Shown: piece by piece, positions 14,800 to 27,612 of the stretch
How the letters are laid out: each line of letters starts with the position of its first letter
Position numbering within the stretch: the stretch's first letter is position 1
DNA from: the human T2T-CHM13v2.0 reference genome, Homo sapiens
Reading direction: 5' to 3' (one strand)
Assembly (NCBI RefSeq): GCF_009914755.1
Contig: NC_060931.1
Length of the DNA: 64,000 nt
Notes under the pieces: generated by a model
Told to the model about the DNA's origin: nothing
The model's input: only the letters and a program-made list of their open reading frames with translations
Database searches by the model: none
Program-made: the position numbers and the translations under genes

Positions 14800-15032
14800 A
14801 TTGCCTCTTACCCTGTGTAACTAGGAGGGAGCCCATCTGAGGACAATTCAATACCTCAGGAGGGCAGAGCGGAAGAGGGCAAGACCCTGAGCTTTGAGAA
14901 CGTCACTGGGCCCCCAAAATGAACCCTGTAACTTGCTGTACCTCTGGGTTGATTGTTGTGTGAGATGGTCAGTTTCTCTGTTGTGAGAGTTGGAGTTTGT
15001 TACTTGCAGCTGACTACATCCTTAGTGATCCA
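14800..15032 (+). mobile_element. MLT1K/L-like MaLR LTR fragment
   Basis: 3' terminus ...gagtttgttacttgcagctgactacatccttagtgatcca. Confidence 0.55.
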
Positions 15033-15385
15033 TGCTGAAAGAAAAAGTTAATGCCAGCCCAGGAAGAGAGCACACAGTGTAGGAGAGCGTGCATTGCAGG
15101 CTTTACTGGCAGAATTGCAAATGTGTAAAGGTGATGGATTTTATTTCAAAAGCCAGAGTTACCTAAATTCTCACATTGTAGAAACTTGCTTCAGTCTGTT
15201 TCTTATATTCCCAATTTTAAAATACTTTATACAAGACATAGGAAAAGAAAAATGCAGGCTTTTGATGCTGAAACTTAAATTTTGTAAACTAAAATCCAGT
15301 GGTTAATTTGAAAAGTAACATCAAGTAGAGTTTATTCTATGCTCAATATTAAGAATTATTGCTTAGTATTAAGAAATTTCCTATA

Positions 15386-15685
15386 CGGATGTACTGTGTT
15401 TTACAGTGGCGCTATGTCCTTATAAACTGATAAGCTGAAAATATTGTAAGTTGAAAATGCATACACCTAACCTACTGAACATCATAGCCTAGCCTACCCT
15501 ACCTTAAACGTGCTCAGAGCACTTACATTAGCCTAGAAGGGCAGAATCACCTAACACGAATCCTGTCTTATAATCAAGTGTTGAAAGTCTCATATAATTT
15601 ATTGAACACTAAGCGAAAGTGAAGAACAGAATGGTTGTATGGGTCCCATTGCAAAGTTGAAAAATTGCAAGTCAGGTTCTCTCTG
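15386..15685 (+). mobile_element. MER47A (Tigger family) DNA transposon
   Basis: acacctaacctactgaacatcatagcctagcctaccctaccttaaacgtgctcagagcacttacattagcct; TA flanks. Confidence 0.85.
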
Positions 15686-15689
15686 TAAT

Positions 15690-16410
15690 TCAAATTATGA
15701 ACAAGTCAATGACAGAAAACCATATGGTCTCAATAGATGTTAGGGAGGTACTTGACAAAACTTAACATCTATCCCTTCTAAAAAGAAAATCCCTTAGTAA
15801 AAGGATTGAAAGGTGTTTTCCATCTTAACATAGTCAAAGGTGTGTTGCAAATTAATAGTCAACATCATTTATGACAGTGAAACCCTAGAAACATTTAAGC
15901 TTCCCAAATAAGGTTGTTGGCAACACCATTAAAAATGTTCTGTTCTTTTTTTTTTTGGATGTGCGATACTTTACTTGGCACTAAAAAGTAAATACTAAAT
16001 GACAAGAGAAAGCAAAATTGTTATTTGAAGATATTATATGATTAGAAAAACAAAGGTCAACAGACAAATGGTTAGAAGCAATTTAATAAAAGTGCTTGTT
16101 CACAAATTCAGTGTACAAACTTCAGTAGCTTTTGTATATATTAACCATTTATAATCAACAACAAAGAAGACCTCATTCACAATCACAAGCCCAAAAACTT
16201 GAAATAAACTTGATAAGTACATGATTTATATGAAGAAAACCATAAAACTTTAAAGAGGATCTTTAAAAAGTTTGAAAACATGAAGTCATACTTTGTTTTA
16301 ACATAAGAATAGCTAACTTTGTAAAATGCCATGTTTCTTTGCTCTGTAAATTAAATGTCATCTCAGTCCAAATTGTGGATTTTTCTTTTTTTTAACTTGA
16401 CACTCTGATA
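15690..16410 (+). mobile_element. L1ME ORF2 fragment
   Basis: Degenerate RT region (ctcaatagatg..., ttatttgaagatattatatgatt, FADD-like position). Confidence 0.7.
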
Positions 16411-16804
16411 TCCACGGTAATTGGAGCAATGGAAGTCTTGGATTTGCTGCAGTGTGTTTTGCATAGTTGAAGGACTGGGGAATTGGGGGAGAGCTGAGTC
16501 TGGAATCAGGAACCCACTGTTGCCTAAAGTGGCTCACTCCTTATGAGCAATACCACCCCACTTAACTGATCTGAAGTTTTCCACTTGGGATATGTTCCTT
16601 TTCTGGAAGACTTGTGACTTCTGCCCCCAAGCTGTGCACAGGAGGACTCACTGTCATCAGATGCTGTGGTTACACAAAATATTTTTTTCTACAATTGATT
16701 TTCTTCACATAAATCGTGTACTTGTCAAGTCTTTGGAGGTTGGGTTGCCTTACTGTAGTGTCATAGCCAGTCACAGACCTGGCAGCAGTGCATTGTAACT
16801 CTGA

Positions 16805-17340
16805 AAGCCCTTCAGTGGCTGCCACCAGAAGGTCTCTCTCCTGCATACTCCTTTGGCCACTATACAGGTCTTCCAATTTAACCTACACTATATTTTTACT
16901 GGCCTTTTTTCCAGTGCTTTGAATAAGGTACGTTTTTCCCCACCCCAGAACCTTTACATATTCTGTTCCCTCTGCCTAGACCAATTTCTAACCATGCTCT
17001 GCTCCTCCAGTCCCCACTACACACACCCACACCCCCACACCCCCGGTCAACTCTAATTCACCTTTCAGGTCTCAGATTCAGTAATATTTCTTCAAAGAGA
17101 CTTTTTAAAATTTTTCAGAATTGATTAGGTCCCCTTGTTATGCCCATTATTTCAGATTGTATGCTTTTTTTCCCACAGCACTTAGGTGTAATCATGTATT
17201 TTATGCAGTTTCTTTATAGTCTGTCACTCCCATTGAAGGACACAGACTGTGTCTCTTTAGTTCACTATCGTATATCTAACACCTGTAATTGTATGTGCCA
17301 CATAGTAGACATTCGTTAAATATTTTTTAGTGAATTAGTG
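16805..17340 (+). mobile_element. L2 3' fragment
   Basis: cctttacatattctgttccctctgcctaga...cacatagtagacattcgttaaatatttt. Confidence 0.75.
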
Positions 17341-17711
17341 TGCAGTGATTTTAAGCAAGTATTAGTTGAATAACGTTTTACATGTTTAATGATGCTGCAT
17401 ACGCATTTTCCGATAGTGTCTACCACGGTTTATCACAGAGGCCAGTGTGGGCTCTCACATGTAATAAAGCTAATCTGAAGTTAATTTGCAAAAAAAAAAA
17501 TTGTGCATTGTGAGAAAATTTTAGAAAACAAACACTAGTGGAGACTTGCCTTTACATGTCACAAACTTATGCTAAAGCTGTAATTGTTAAATCAGTATAA
17601 TACTGACCCAGGACTAGACAGAAAATGAAATAAAGTCTAGAAGTAAGCCCAAGTACATATGGGGGTTTAGTGTGTGTTCAATGTATTTCATTTTAAAGTA
17701 GTGTAAAATAG

Positions 17712-18255
17712 ATGGTTGGTTATCAGCCTGCAAGTTGGCTCCCAGTGATCATTGCCTTGTAGTATTCTTATCCGTGTATAGACTCTCCTTACATGTGTAG
17801 GGCTGACCTGTGTAACCAGTAGGATAGAATGAAGAGGATAGTGTGTGACTTCCAAGGGTAAATCATACAAGACATTGTAACCTCTGTCTTGTGCTCCCTT
17901 GCATCATTTGCTCTTGGGGGAGCTGGCTACCTTTCGTGAGGACACTCAAGCAACTCTGTGGAGAAGTCCTTGTGGAGAGGAACTGAGGCCTTGGTCAACC
18001 GCCACCATCAACTTGCCTGCCATGTGGGTGAGCCATCTGGGAAGTGGATCCTCCAGCCCCAGGGAAGCCTTCAGATGACGGCAGCTCTGGGAGGCATCTT
18101 GCCTGCAACCTCATGTGGATACAGCTAAACCAGAGCCACAGAACTAAGCTGCTCCTGAATTTCTGACTCACAGAAATGGTGTGAGAAAATGCTGATTGCT
18201 GTTTTAAGCCATGAAGTTTTGGGGTAATTCATATACAGCAATAAGTAACTGATCA
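17712..18255 (+). mobile_element. MLT1F-like solo LTR
   Basis: gctcccagtgatc...ggagaggaactgaggcct...ttttaagccatgaagttttggggtaatt...gcaataagtaactgatca; short gatgg flanks. Confidence 0.85.
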
Positions 18256-18354
18256 GATGGATTATTCAGTCAGTGGTGTGGGGATAGCCAGCTAGAATTG
18301 GGGAAAAAATAAGTTGGATTCTTACTGAATTCTGCATCAAGAAAATTCCAGATG

Positions 18355-18537
<183 letters not shown>

Positions 18538-19109
18538 TTAAATGTAAAAATGGAACCGTTAATTTATTATAAGCCTGAAAAATTTTAAACTTTTGGGGTG
18601 GAGAAGGATTTCCTAACTATGAATATGCAATCCCCAAGCCATAAATTAAAATAACAAACCTTATAAACAGGGTGAAAGATAAACCACCAATTAGGAAGAT
18701 TTGAGCAACCTGTATTACAAAAGGCAGTGTCTCGGAGAACTCTTAAAAATCAGTAAGAAGACTCTATAAATGGGATGGCTGAGGACACGAACAGGCAATT
18801 CACAAAGTAGAAATAAATGTATGAACAGATATTAGCCAAGAAATATAATTTAGAACAATGAGAGGTCACATTGTATTTACCAGATTCACAGAGGTGAAAA
18901 AGACCGACAAGGTTAAAGAGATTCCTTGATTGGCAGGAAGATTATACGGTGTGGGTGGGGACACAGATTTGTCTGACTTTTCTGGAGGGCAGTCTAGTAA
19001 CATGTCTCAAAATGCAAATACCAAATGAGTGCACATTGATTCAGCTATTGTGTAAATTTATGCTAAGGTAATCGGACACACACAGAAAGATGTGTATACT
19101 GTTAAAAAA

Positions 19110-19650
19110 AAATCCCGAATTTCAAAAATTTCAAATTTTCTTCCTTTTTCTTTTCTTTCTTTTTTTCCTCTATTTCCCCTTCTATTGTCTCTCTTTCCAG
19201 TTCCTCTTGGACTTTCCTGGATCTGTCTCCACTTCTCAACATTGTACTCATACCTTTTAAATCTTGGTTTCTTCTCAATATTAGTAATTTCTTTAATTTT
19301 AACTTCCTTGTTGCCAACTCTCTATTCTGAAATCGATTCTAACATTCAGCCCTGCTTCGAAAAGTTTATTTTGGCAATTACTTTTGCAAAACTAATTTCT
19401 GATAAATTTTTTCTTTTAGGATTCTGTTCTGTAGTGGGTGTATAGCTGTTCAATCTCTCTGAGGATATGAATTAGAGTTTTAAAAACTTGCCTTAGACAC
19501 CTTGATTGTGGCTGTTTCTCCCAGGGTTTGTGGCTGTGTGTCTTCATCTTGCTCCTTCCCTCCCATGCTTTAAGATCTTCAAGTCCTGATGGTCCTCAGC
19601 TAAATATCCATGTTTAACGATAAAGGACTAGGTTAATTAATACTGCAGCT
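19110..19650 (-). mobile_element. HAL1/L1ME-like ORF1 fragment (antisense)
   Basis: T-rich degenerate sequence (caatctctctgaggatatgaattagagtttt). Confidence 0.45.
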
Positions 19651-19942
19651 GCCGCAGGTTTTCTCTGTAGTTGTGTGGACATTCCAGCTGCCCCCTGCGC
19701 TAAATGGAGGATGGACTGCAGGCTCTGGAATGTGGTCAGGTTGCTTGGCAAGCTTCCCCGTGGGGTGCTGTTTGGGTGGGGAAAGCTGGGTTCCCCCCAC
19801 ACTGCTATCATAAGCAGTACTTGGTCAGGAGGTGCAGCAGTGTACCCTGTCAGGCAGAGCTGCTGCTTTTCATCCCACGACTCCCCGTCTCTGTGTCTGT
19901 TGTAACAGTTCTGAGTTCCCTTTGTTCTCTCTCAAGCCCTAA

Positions 19943-20531
<589 letters not shown>

Positions 20532-20918
20532 TAGTTTTGGTCTCACATATTTTGTGTTTTCTAGGCATTCCATAAAATATATGGTCTGCTGATGGCACTG
20601 GTTTTTTGTCTTGCAGGATTCTTTAATTCTACTTAAAAACAAAAGTCCTTGTTAGTTCATAAGACCTTGGGTGGGACGGGAGGTAGACATTTGTGCTCAG
20701 ATGACCTGTTCTTTTTTCTGTGGGTGTTATCACTTGCGTTTCTTCGAGCATATTCACTTTGACATTTTCTTTTGCTTACTGTATCAGCCATGTACCCAGG
20801 GGTCAGGAGTGTACACATACACATGAGGAAACCTTGAGGTCGGGCAGGGATTTGGATCCAGGCTGTGACTCCAAAGCCTGCCCTCTTAACCTCTCTGCTG
20901 TCTCTTCTGTTTGTGCAG

Positions 20919-20992
20919 TGGGGGGCCCTCTTTCATGCTGTTTGTTTACTTCAAAGGCTTGGTGTTTCTTGTATTTCTGTTCACATTTGTAG
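20919..20992 (+). other. Candidate 74-nt cassette exon; its 3' end doubles as a recursive-splice-like AG|GTAAG site
   Basis: Branch-like cttaac (20885), pyrimidine tract, CAG (20916-20918); donor TAG|GTAAGG at 20993. Confidence 0.35.
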
Positions 20993-21464
20993 GTAAGGAT
21001 CTGCAACTCAGCGTTGCGTGAAGGTTCTCACGCAGGAGCTCAGCTTCAGGTGACTTTGCAGGGGAAGGGCAGGGAGCATATAGCGGGGCAGGGTATTCAC
21101 TCTGCTGCCCTGCTCGCTGGGGGGCCGGGGGGGTGGGCTTCTGCTCCACGGAGTTGGTCACTTTGTCGGCTCTGCTGTCTTCCTTGTTAGGACCTCTCAT
21201 CGGAGAGTTGCATGCATGCTCACCGACCTCCCACCCCTTCCCCGGAGCAGACCCCTGAGTCAGACAGTTCAAACGAGGACTTGCTCAGCTCTTCCAGCTT
21301 CTCGTTAATTACTTGGCCAATTATCTATGGCCTGCTTCTCCTGGCCTGTGCTGCACTGATAATGGGATTATGCTGAGCTTCTGCTGAGGAAACTTTTCAA
21401 CTGACATGGGTTCCTTCTATTTCTTTAGATTTGCCATCATTGGTCCCGTCACTTTTCTAGAAAT

Positions 21465-21830
21465 TTAATCTGTTCCACAACTCTTTATTGTGCGGGGCAA
21501 TGTGCTGGGCATTAGAAAATAATGGTGAAGAGAAGACCTGTCACGATGGAGCTTATGTATGGTCTTGTTGGGGAGACAGGCATTAAACAATTAATTTGCA
21601 CACACGTAGTTCTTGTTCTGTGAGGAGAAGTTGCCCTGTGCTGAGGGGGCATATGAAAAGGCTAACTTACTGGGAGAGGGGTTGCCATGGAAGTCCACCT
21701 GGAGCACGTGTGACAATTGACCTGAGATTCCAAGGAAGAAAAGGAGTGACTCAGTGACCGGGAATGGGGATAAGAGTGTTCCAAGCTTTGGAAACAGGAT
21801 GGGGAAAGACCTTTATTCGTAGATGGAGGG
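21465..21830 (-). mobile_element. L2 fragment
   Basis: tttattgtgc...gtgctgggcattagaaaataatggtgaagagaagacctg...ggagcttatg. Confidence 0.7.
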
Positions 21831-22064
21831 GAACGGGGTCTGCCAGCATCACTCCTCAAGGACATTTACTATTGCTGTGGTTCATTTTCATTCTGTATTT
21901 TTCTTCTGTTTAATGGGATTTGGGAGGAAGAAAAAGATGAACTTGGTTTTGATCCAAGTAACCTCAGAGAATAATGACGTGGGAGCATTTTACAATGCAA
22001 ACAATAAATGGAAAAGCATGAATTTATGTACTGTATGTGAAATATATAGACACATACATACATA

Positions 22065-22306
22065 TAGGCTGAACATCCCAAATCCGAAATTTGCAATGTT
22101 CCAAAATCCAAAACTTCTTGAGCACCTACATGATGCTCAAACTGAGTGCTCATTGGAGCATTTCAGATTTCGTATTTTTCTATTTGGGATGCTGAGCTAG
22201 TTGATATGAGGCAGATATTCCCAAATCTGAAAAAGATTCAAAACCTAATCCAAAAATCCAAAGGCTCTCTGGTCCTGAACCTTTCAGATAAGGGATTTTC
22301 AACCTG
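22065..22306 (+). mobile_element. Tigger4a (MER46A) DNA transposon
   Basis: TIRs (c/t)aggctgaacatccc...agggattttcaacctg with TA flanks; gctcattggagcatttcagattt core. Confidence 0.88.
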
Positions 22307-22849
22307 TATTTAATATTGGGAAGCAATATACCAATACCAAAAACGTTGTCTGTGAGAGGTGAGATGACAAATGATTTTTATTACCTTTTTAAAACTCCTA
22401 ATTTGAATTTCAACTTTTCTATGACTGTGGATTGTTTTTATAATCAGAAAAAAAGTTCCTAAAATGATGTTTATCTTATGGTTTGGCTTATGTAAATGCA
22501 GAGTTTGTCACTAGGTCAATATCCGCAACATTATAAAGATGTTACTGTGTACTTACTGGAAATGGCCTGTGATTGGTGACAAAGCTGACTTACACAAAGG
22601 AGAACATTATCCTTAGGAATTATTGCTAGTATCTCATAATGTAATTGTTTTAACGTTGTTAAATGGTTCACAGTGATCAGAGACTTAAAATCTTTGTCTC
22701 CTACACAGCGTTTTAAGAGTTACAGAAAAGCTATCATTTTGAGCTACCTTGAGATTGAAGTGTCTGCAGAATAGCACTTACATATTCAGGCTGACAATAT
22801 GTGTTTGAGGAATTGGCGGTTCAGTTTGGCCAACTTTGGTGTTGTAACA

Positions 22850-23360
22850 CTTGAGATTGTATTAAGCTGCAAGTAACAAATTCAGATGAACAGTTGCTTA
22901 ACCAAGTAACTTAAAGGCACAAGCTTTAAGCTTTTAACGTTTTCAAGTTCAGGTCATGTAGGGGAGCTATGTCATTAAGGAGACTGACTCTTTCTGTCTT
23001 CTTGATTTACTGTAGAGTACGGCTTTTGACCTCATCATAACAGAGTGGCTGCTGCCCCTCTAGAAACTCCATCTGTGATTCAGGCGAAAGGGAAGGGCCT
23101 GCTAGTTGGCTTGTCCTTTTTATTTTTTATCAGAAAAATAGTAGCTTTCAAAGAAACCACCCCCATTAGACTTCCGTTTATATTTCAGTGACCAGAACTG
23201 TGAGAAAGCCGTCTTTAGCTGCAAGGAAACCTGAGAAATCAAGCTTTTGTGGTTATGTTTTTCAAACTGGAGCACATTGCTGTTCAAAACAAAATCAGAG
23301 TTCTGTTAATAAATAAGGAGAGAATGGATATTGGTAGGCAACTTGCTGTGTCAGCTGCAG
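22850..23360 (-). mobile_element. MLT1J/K/L-like MaLR LTR
   Basis: gctgcaagtaacaaa...tagctgcaaggaaacctgagaaat...gaatggatattggtaggcaac. Confidence 0.7.
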
Positions 23361-24130
23361 GAGTTATGTGCTTAGAGGTGGTAATTGAAGTCAAGAGTGT
23401 GATTAACATTACTCAGGGGGAGTATACAGAGTAAGAAGAGAATCCATGAAGGGACTGAAAGGAAGTTTAGTGTTGAAGAGACTGGCAGAAGAATAGGTAT
23501 TCTCAAAGGGAACCAAGAACGAGGGGCGAGTGGGAGGAGGTGGTCACCTGGAGGGTGTGGACCAGTGGTACACAGGTTAGGAGAGGGGGAAGGGCAGAGT
23601 TTACATTGCCCATATGCTGGCGAGTGAAGTCCACTAGGAACTGAGACATGAACTTGAGGCTTAGCAAAAGAGAGCGACTTAGAGAAAGAGCACCCGCACT
23701 GGTGACTGTGGGCTGCATGGTGAAGGGGGGCAAAGCAGTGACAGCGGGAGTGAGCCCCTCTCAAAAACTGATGCCAACTACGCAGGACAGAGAGGGGGCG
23801 GGGAAGGGGGAGTGACCTGAGGGAGACTGGGGCTCAAGAAAAGCCTTTTTGTGTTGGTTGTTTTAAAGGCTGGCGATACTGTAGCATGCTTAGTTCTAAG
23901 GAGAGGAAGGGCCATTAAAGACGTTTGAGAAGGATCCTAGAAGGATTGTATTTTCCAACGGAGGTGGAAGGGGTTGAGATCCACAGCCCAGGGGATATGC
24001 TTTGAAGGAAGGAGAAAAGCACCTCTCCTTCCCTAAAAGAAGGCAGGAAAGGTGTGTGGACAGAAATTCTAGAGAGCATGAAATGCGGGTAATTGGGCTG
24101 CAATAAGAATCCAGTCATGGTTAGAGAACC
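23361..24130 (-). mobile_element. L2 internal fragment with unusually many CpGs
   Basis: gaggtggtaattgaagtc...ggagactggggctcaagaaaagcctttttgtg...tagcatgcttag matches L2 body. Confidence 0.7.
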
Positions 24131-24289
24131 TGAATTTAATTAAGGTCAGTGTATGTCTGTAGAGTGCCATTATCTTACATAGAAATTATTTTTGAAAATT
24201 TTAGTTGACATTTTTGAATGATACCTACTAGTACTACAGATAATAGAAGCATAAATATGCACAAAAGCAGTTAAAACTTAACCGTTCGT

Positions 24290-24720
24290 CTTAAAGTAAT
24301 TTATAACTAATACTTATTGATGCCCTACTCTGTCTCAGTCAAAAAGCTAAACACCTTCCCTATGCACAAGAAAAACCTATGCAGTAGGCGTTACTAGTTG
24401 TCCTCATTTTATTTTTATTTTTTATTTTTTTTCAAACTTAAACATTTTTTTTTGTGTAGAGACAGGGTCTACCTTTGTTTCCCAGGCTGGTCTCCAACTC
24501 CTGGGCTCAAGTGATCCTCCCGCCTCTGCCTCCCAAAGTGCTGGGATTACAGGCATGAACCATAGCACCCACCCTTTATCCCCATTTTAAAGATGACAAA
24601 ACCTAGGCTCAAAGAACTTAACATGTTCTAGATCACGTGGCTAGTAAGTGGTGACACCAGAATTTGAACCACGTATCTGACTCCAGAGTGGTGGTGCCAG
24701 CTGCTGTTCTGTGGATTGAG
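24290..24720 (-). mobile_element. MIR interrupted by an Alu monomer
   Basis: atacttattgatgccctactctgt...tatccccattttaaagatgacaaaacctaggctc...agaatttgaaccacgtatctgactccaga. Confidence 0.8.
24408..24574 (-). mobile_element. FLAM_C / Alu left monomer
   Basis: tagagacagggtct...ctcctgggctcaagtgatcctcccgcctctgcctcccaaagtgctggg. Confidence 0.88.
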
Positions 24721-25433
24721 CCATATGAAATTGACTATTTAGCAAGAGAAATATAAAACATCGGCATTTTTATATGTCTCTACCTAATACACTTCCTCAC
24801 CTCAATCATTGCCAAGGTCAGTGGACTGCTTACTTGGTGCCAGGCATTGCCCTAAGTGTTTTGATTGCCATAATCTGTTGTAATATTTTGAAATATTTGC
24901 AGTCTTAATTGTCCTGATTTAAAAAATCATGTTTTTGAATATGATAATATACTTTAAATGAGTATGTTTGATTAGCGATGTTGCTTTTTCCTATGTTGGC
25001 AAAATTATATTTTGAGGAAACGATTAGAAATATTGGCAAAACATAGAGAAAAATCATTACACATCTAGTGTCTCACAACATGAATAGTTTTTTGGGGCAT
25101 TTTTCACAACATCTGATTCATTGAGTGGTAGTCCCCCAAGAGATACCTGTGAATTGGTTTTTAATTCAGTAGATTTCTGTTTTATTGTATATTTGTTGAC
25201 TTGTGATCAACATATATTCTCTTCTATTTTTGAAGCTTATTTTGGGTAAAAAGAAAGATTACCTTTCTATCTTCTCACTTTATCCCCAACTTATGAATAC
25301 CATAGGTATCAACCAGTGATATTACTAGCAAATCACCCACTCTCCCACTTTACTAATAAAATGTTGTCTTGAATTCTTGCATTTCCGCTAAAAAAAATCC
25401 CATTCAAAATTATGAATTTAGAAATGGGATGAA

Positions 25434-25724
25434 AGCTGAGTGCAGTGGCTCAGGCCTATAATCCTGGCAATTTGAAAGGCTGAGGTGGGGGGATCAATTG
25501 AGCCAAGAATGTGAGACCAGCCTGGGCAATAGTGAGACCCTGTCACTACCAAAACATAACAAAAATTAGCCTGGTGTGGTGGCATGTGCCTGTGGTTCCA
25601 GCTACTAGGGAGACTGAGATGGAAGGATCACTTGAGCCCCAGAGGTCAAGATTGCAGTGAATTATGATTGTGCCACTGCACTCTAGCCTGGGTGACAGCG
25701 AGACCCTGTTTCTATTAAAAAAAC
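25434..25724 (+). mobile_element. AluJ, full length
   Basis: Diverged sense Alu dimer with J-type gagcccagaggtcaagattgcagtga. Confidence 0.92.
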
Positions 25725-26689
25725 ACATGGGGTGATTTCCCTCTCCCCAGTTTGGAAGTCTTCAATAAAAGGATAAAAAGATGTGAAGCGGTTTTAGCCA
25801 TCTCTTTTTGGCCTCCATGTAATCAGATTTTGTGCTTATTTGAGACACTTAAAAAGTATCTGGCTAATTGTGCTCTCTGTTTTGAGGACCTGATCTTAAA
25901 CTGGATGGTCTTGATATTTTCGTGTAACTTTTAGTTCAGGTACAAGAATTCTTTAAAGAGGCATGGACAATTAATTACACGACTGAGAAAAATAATTTCC
26001 CCCAAGTTAATTGCACAAATTACTGTAGCCCTAAAAGGTTAATGATTATCAAACATCTTTGATGCATAGAGCCTATTAAATGCCAGTATCATTTGAATAA
26101 TTTAACTAGAGTAGTCCTTTCACAAATGGGTCTCATCCAAAGGACAACAGTAAATAGTGCCTTTAAAAATATTTTCTCTTTAGAGAAACGTGTTCAAACC
26201 CTTCAGCTGGAGTCAATCTTATGGGTCACAACACATTCTTACATTTCAGAATATAAGACATTAAAACATTTTATATTTTAAATGATTTAGATCATTTATT
26301 ATCCTTATAGAACTACTGAGGTTTTACTTGAAGCTTGTAAGTTAAATTTTTGTATTTTATACAGAGTTAGCTTAGGCCGTGATTAGGTAGAAATAATGGG
26401 CAGTTATCACTATATTTATTTGAAATGAAACTTCTTTTACAGCTATTCATGGAAGAAAACTTTAATATTGTATTAAAGCTTTTATTTTATCTTTAAATGC
26501 CAACTTTATTATGTATTTCTTAAAATTGATCTTCCAGTATTTTTTATGTATACTTTTTAGTGCTTTATAGTTATTAGCAGGTTCCACAGTAGTAACTGAA
26601 ATATACTCTGATTTTCATTTTTATTTTATAAAACTTTGATTTTTAATAACATATGCTGAAGGACACTCTGAAGAGTACTAATTTTTTTC

Positions 26690-26860
26690 AGGGATGCTTT
26701 TCCAAAAAGGATTCTGTGGTTCAATAAACTTGGGAAAGACTGCGTCCTATATGCTTTTAGAAGAGTCACAGTGTATACTCACATACTGAAGGATTTGAGA
26801 AATGCTAGAGCAAATAAATCTAACGTTGTCTAACCCAGTGTTTCCCAAGCTTGTCAGAAG
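26690..26860. mobile_element. Old hAT (MER103/Charlie-like) fragment
   Basis: aataaacttgggaaagactg...aacccagtgtttcccaagctt inverted motif typical of this group. Confidence 0.45.
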
Positions 26861-27037
26861 ACAGACATTTCCACTCTTGTTTTACATCATACCCTCGAAC
26901 ATCGAAGGACTTCGCTGATTTGTGTTCTACACAACCGTCTTGAGATACGCTGTTAGATTAGCTGTAGCTTCCCTTGCCACATCGCGAATTTCCAGCATTC
27001 AAATGCAGCAGGCATGTTTATCTGCTGCACTTACACC

Positions 27038-27135
27038 TACGTGTACATATGTATATAAATATACCAGTATACATCAATATGTACATTTGAAGCGTATATG
27101 CACACTTACATAGGTACACACATATATGTATGCTT
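27038..27135. repeat. (TACA/TA)n low-complexity tract
   Basis: tacgtgtacatatgtatataaatatac...tacacacatatatgtatg. Confidence 0.7.
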
Positions 27136-27384
27136 GTATTTTTATTTTACTTACTGCAGTACCCGTAGTATATAGCAGATAGTGAAATCAGAAAATAATT
27201 GTTGAGTAAATGGATGAGAGAGTTTCACCAGTCTGTGGCATACGCCCTGCTGCCTTCTTCAGGATGCAGAAAACCCTGTCCCCTGGCTTAAAGTGTGACA
27301 TTCTGGAGAAAGTAGATGTGCTCTTTCTAGAGACACCTGAAACATCAAACACAAACAATTTGTCAGTACTGTTTCAATATTAAG

Positions 27385-27612
27385 TCTGTCAGAGGGAAAA
27401 GACCCTGAATTTTGGGTCAGGAGACCTGGGTTCAGGTATGGATTCTACCACTTTCCACTCACGTCATCTTAGGCAAGTTATGGGCTTTTTCTGAGCCTCA
27501 GTTTTTCTCCTCTATGAATTGATAATACCTTGTAAGACTGTTGAAATATCTATAGAAGACATCAAAAACTTATTTTTAACCAATTGGAAGGTACGCTGTG
27601 AATGTATTATCC
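27385..27612 (+). mobile_element. MIR
   Basis: gtcaggagacctgggttc...ttaggcaagtta...tctgagcctcagtttttctcctctatgaa core. Confidence 0.8.

Noticed and set aside
19373-19390. gcaattacttttgca resembling MADE1/miR-548
   Set aside because: Only about 15 nt match and there is no opposite arm.
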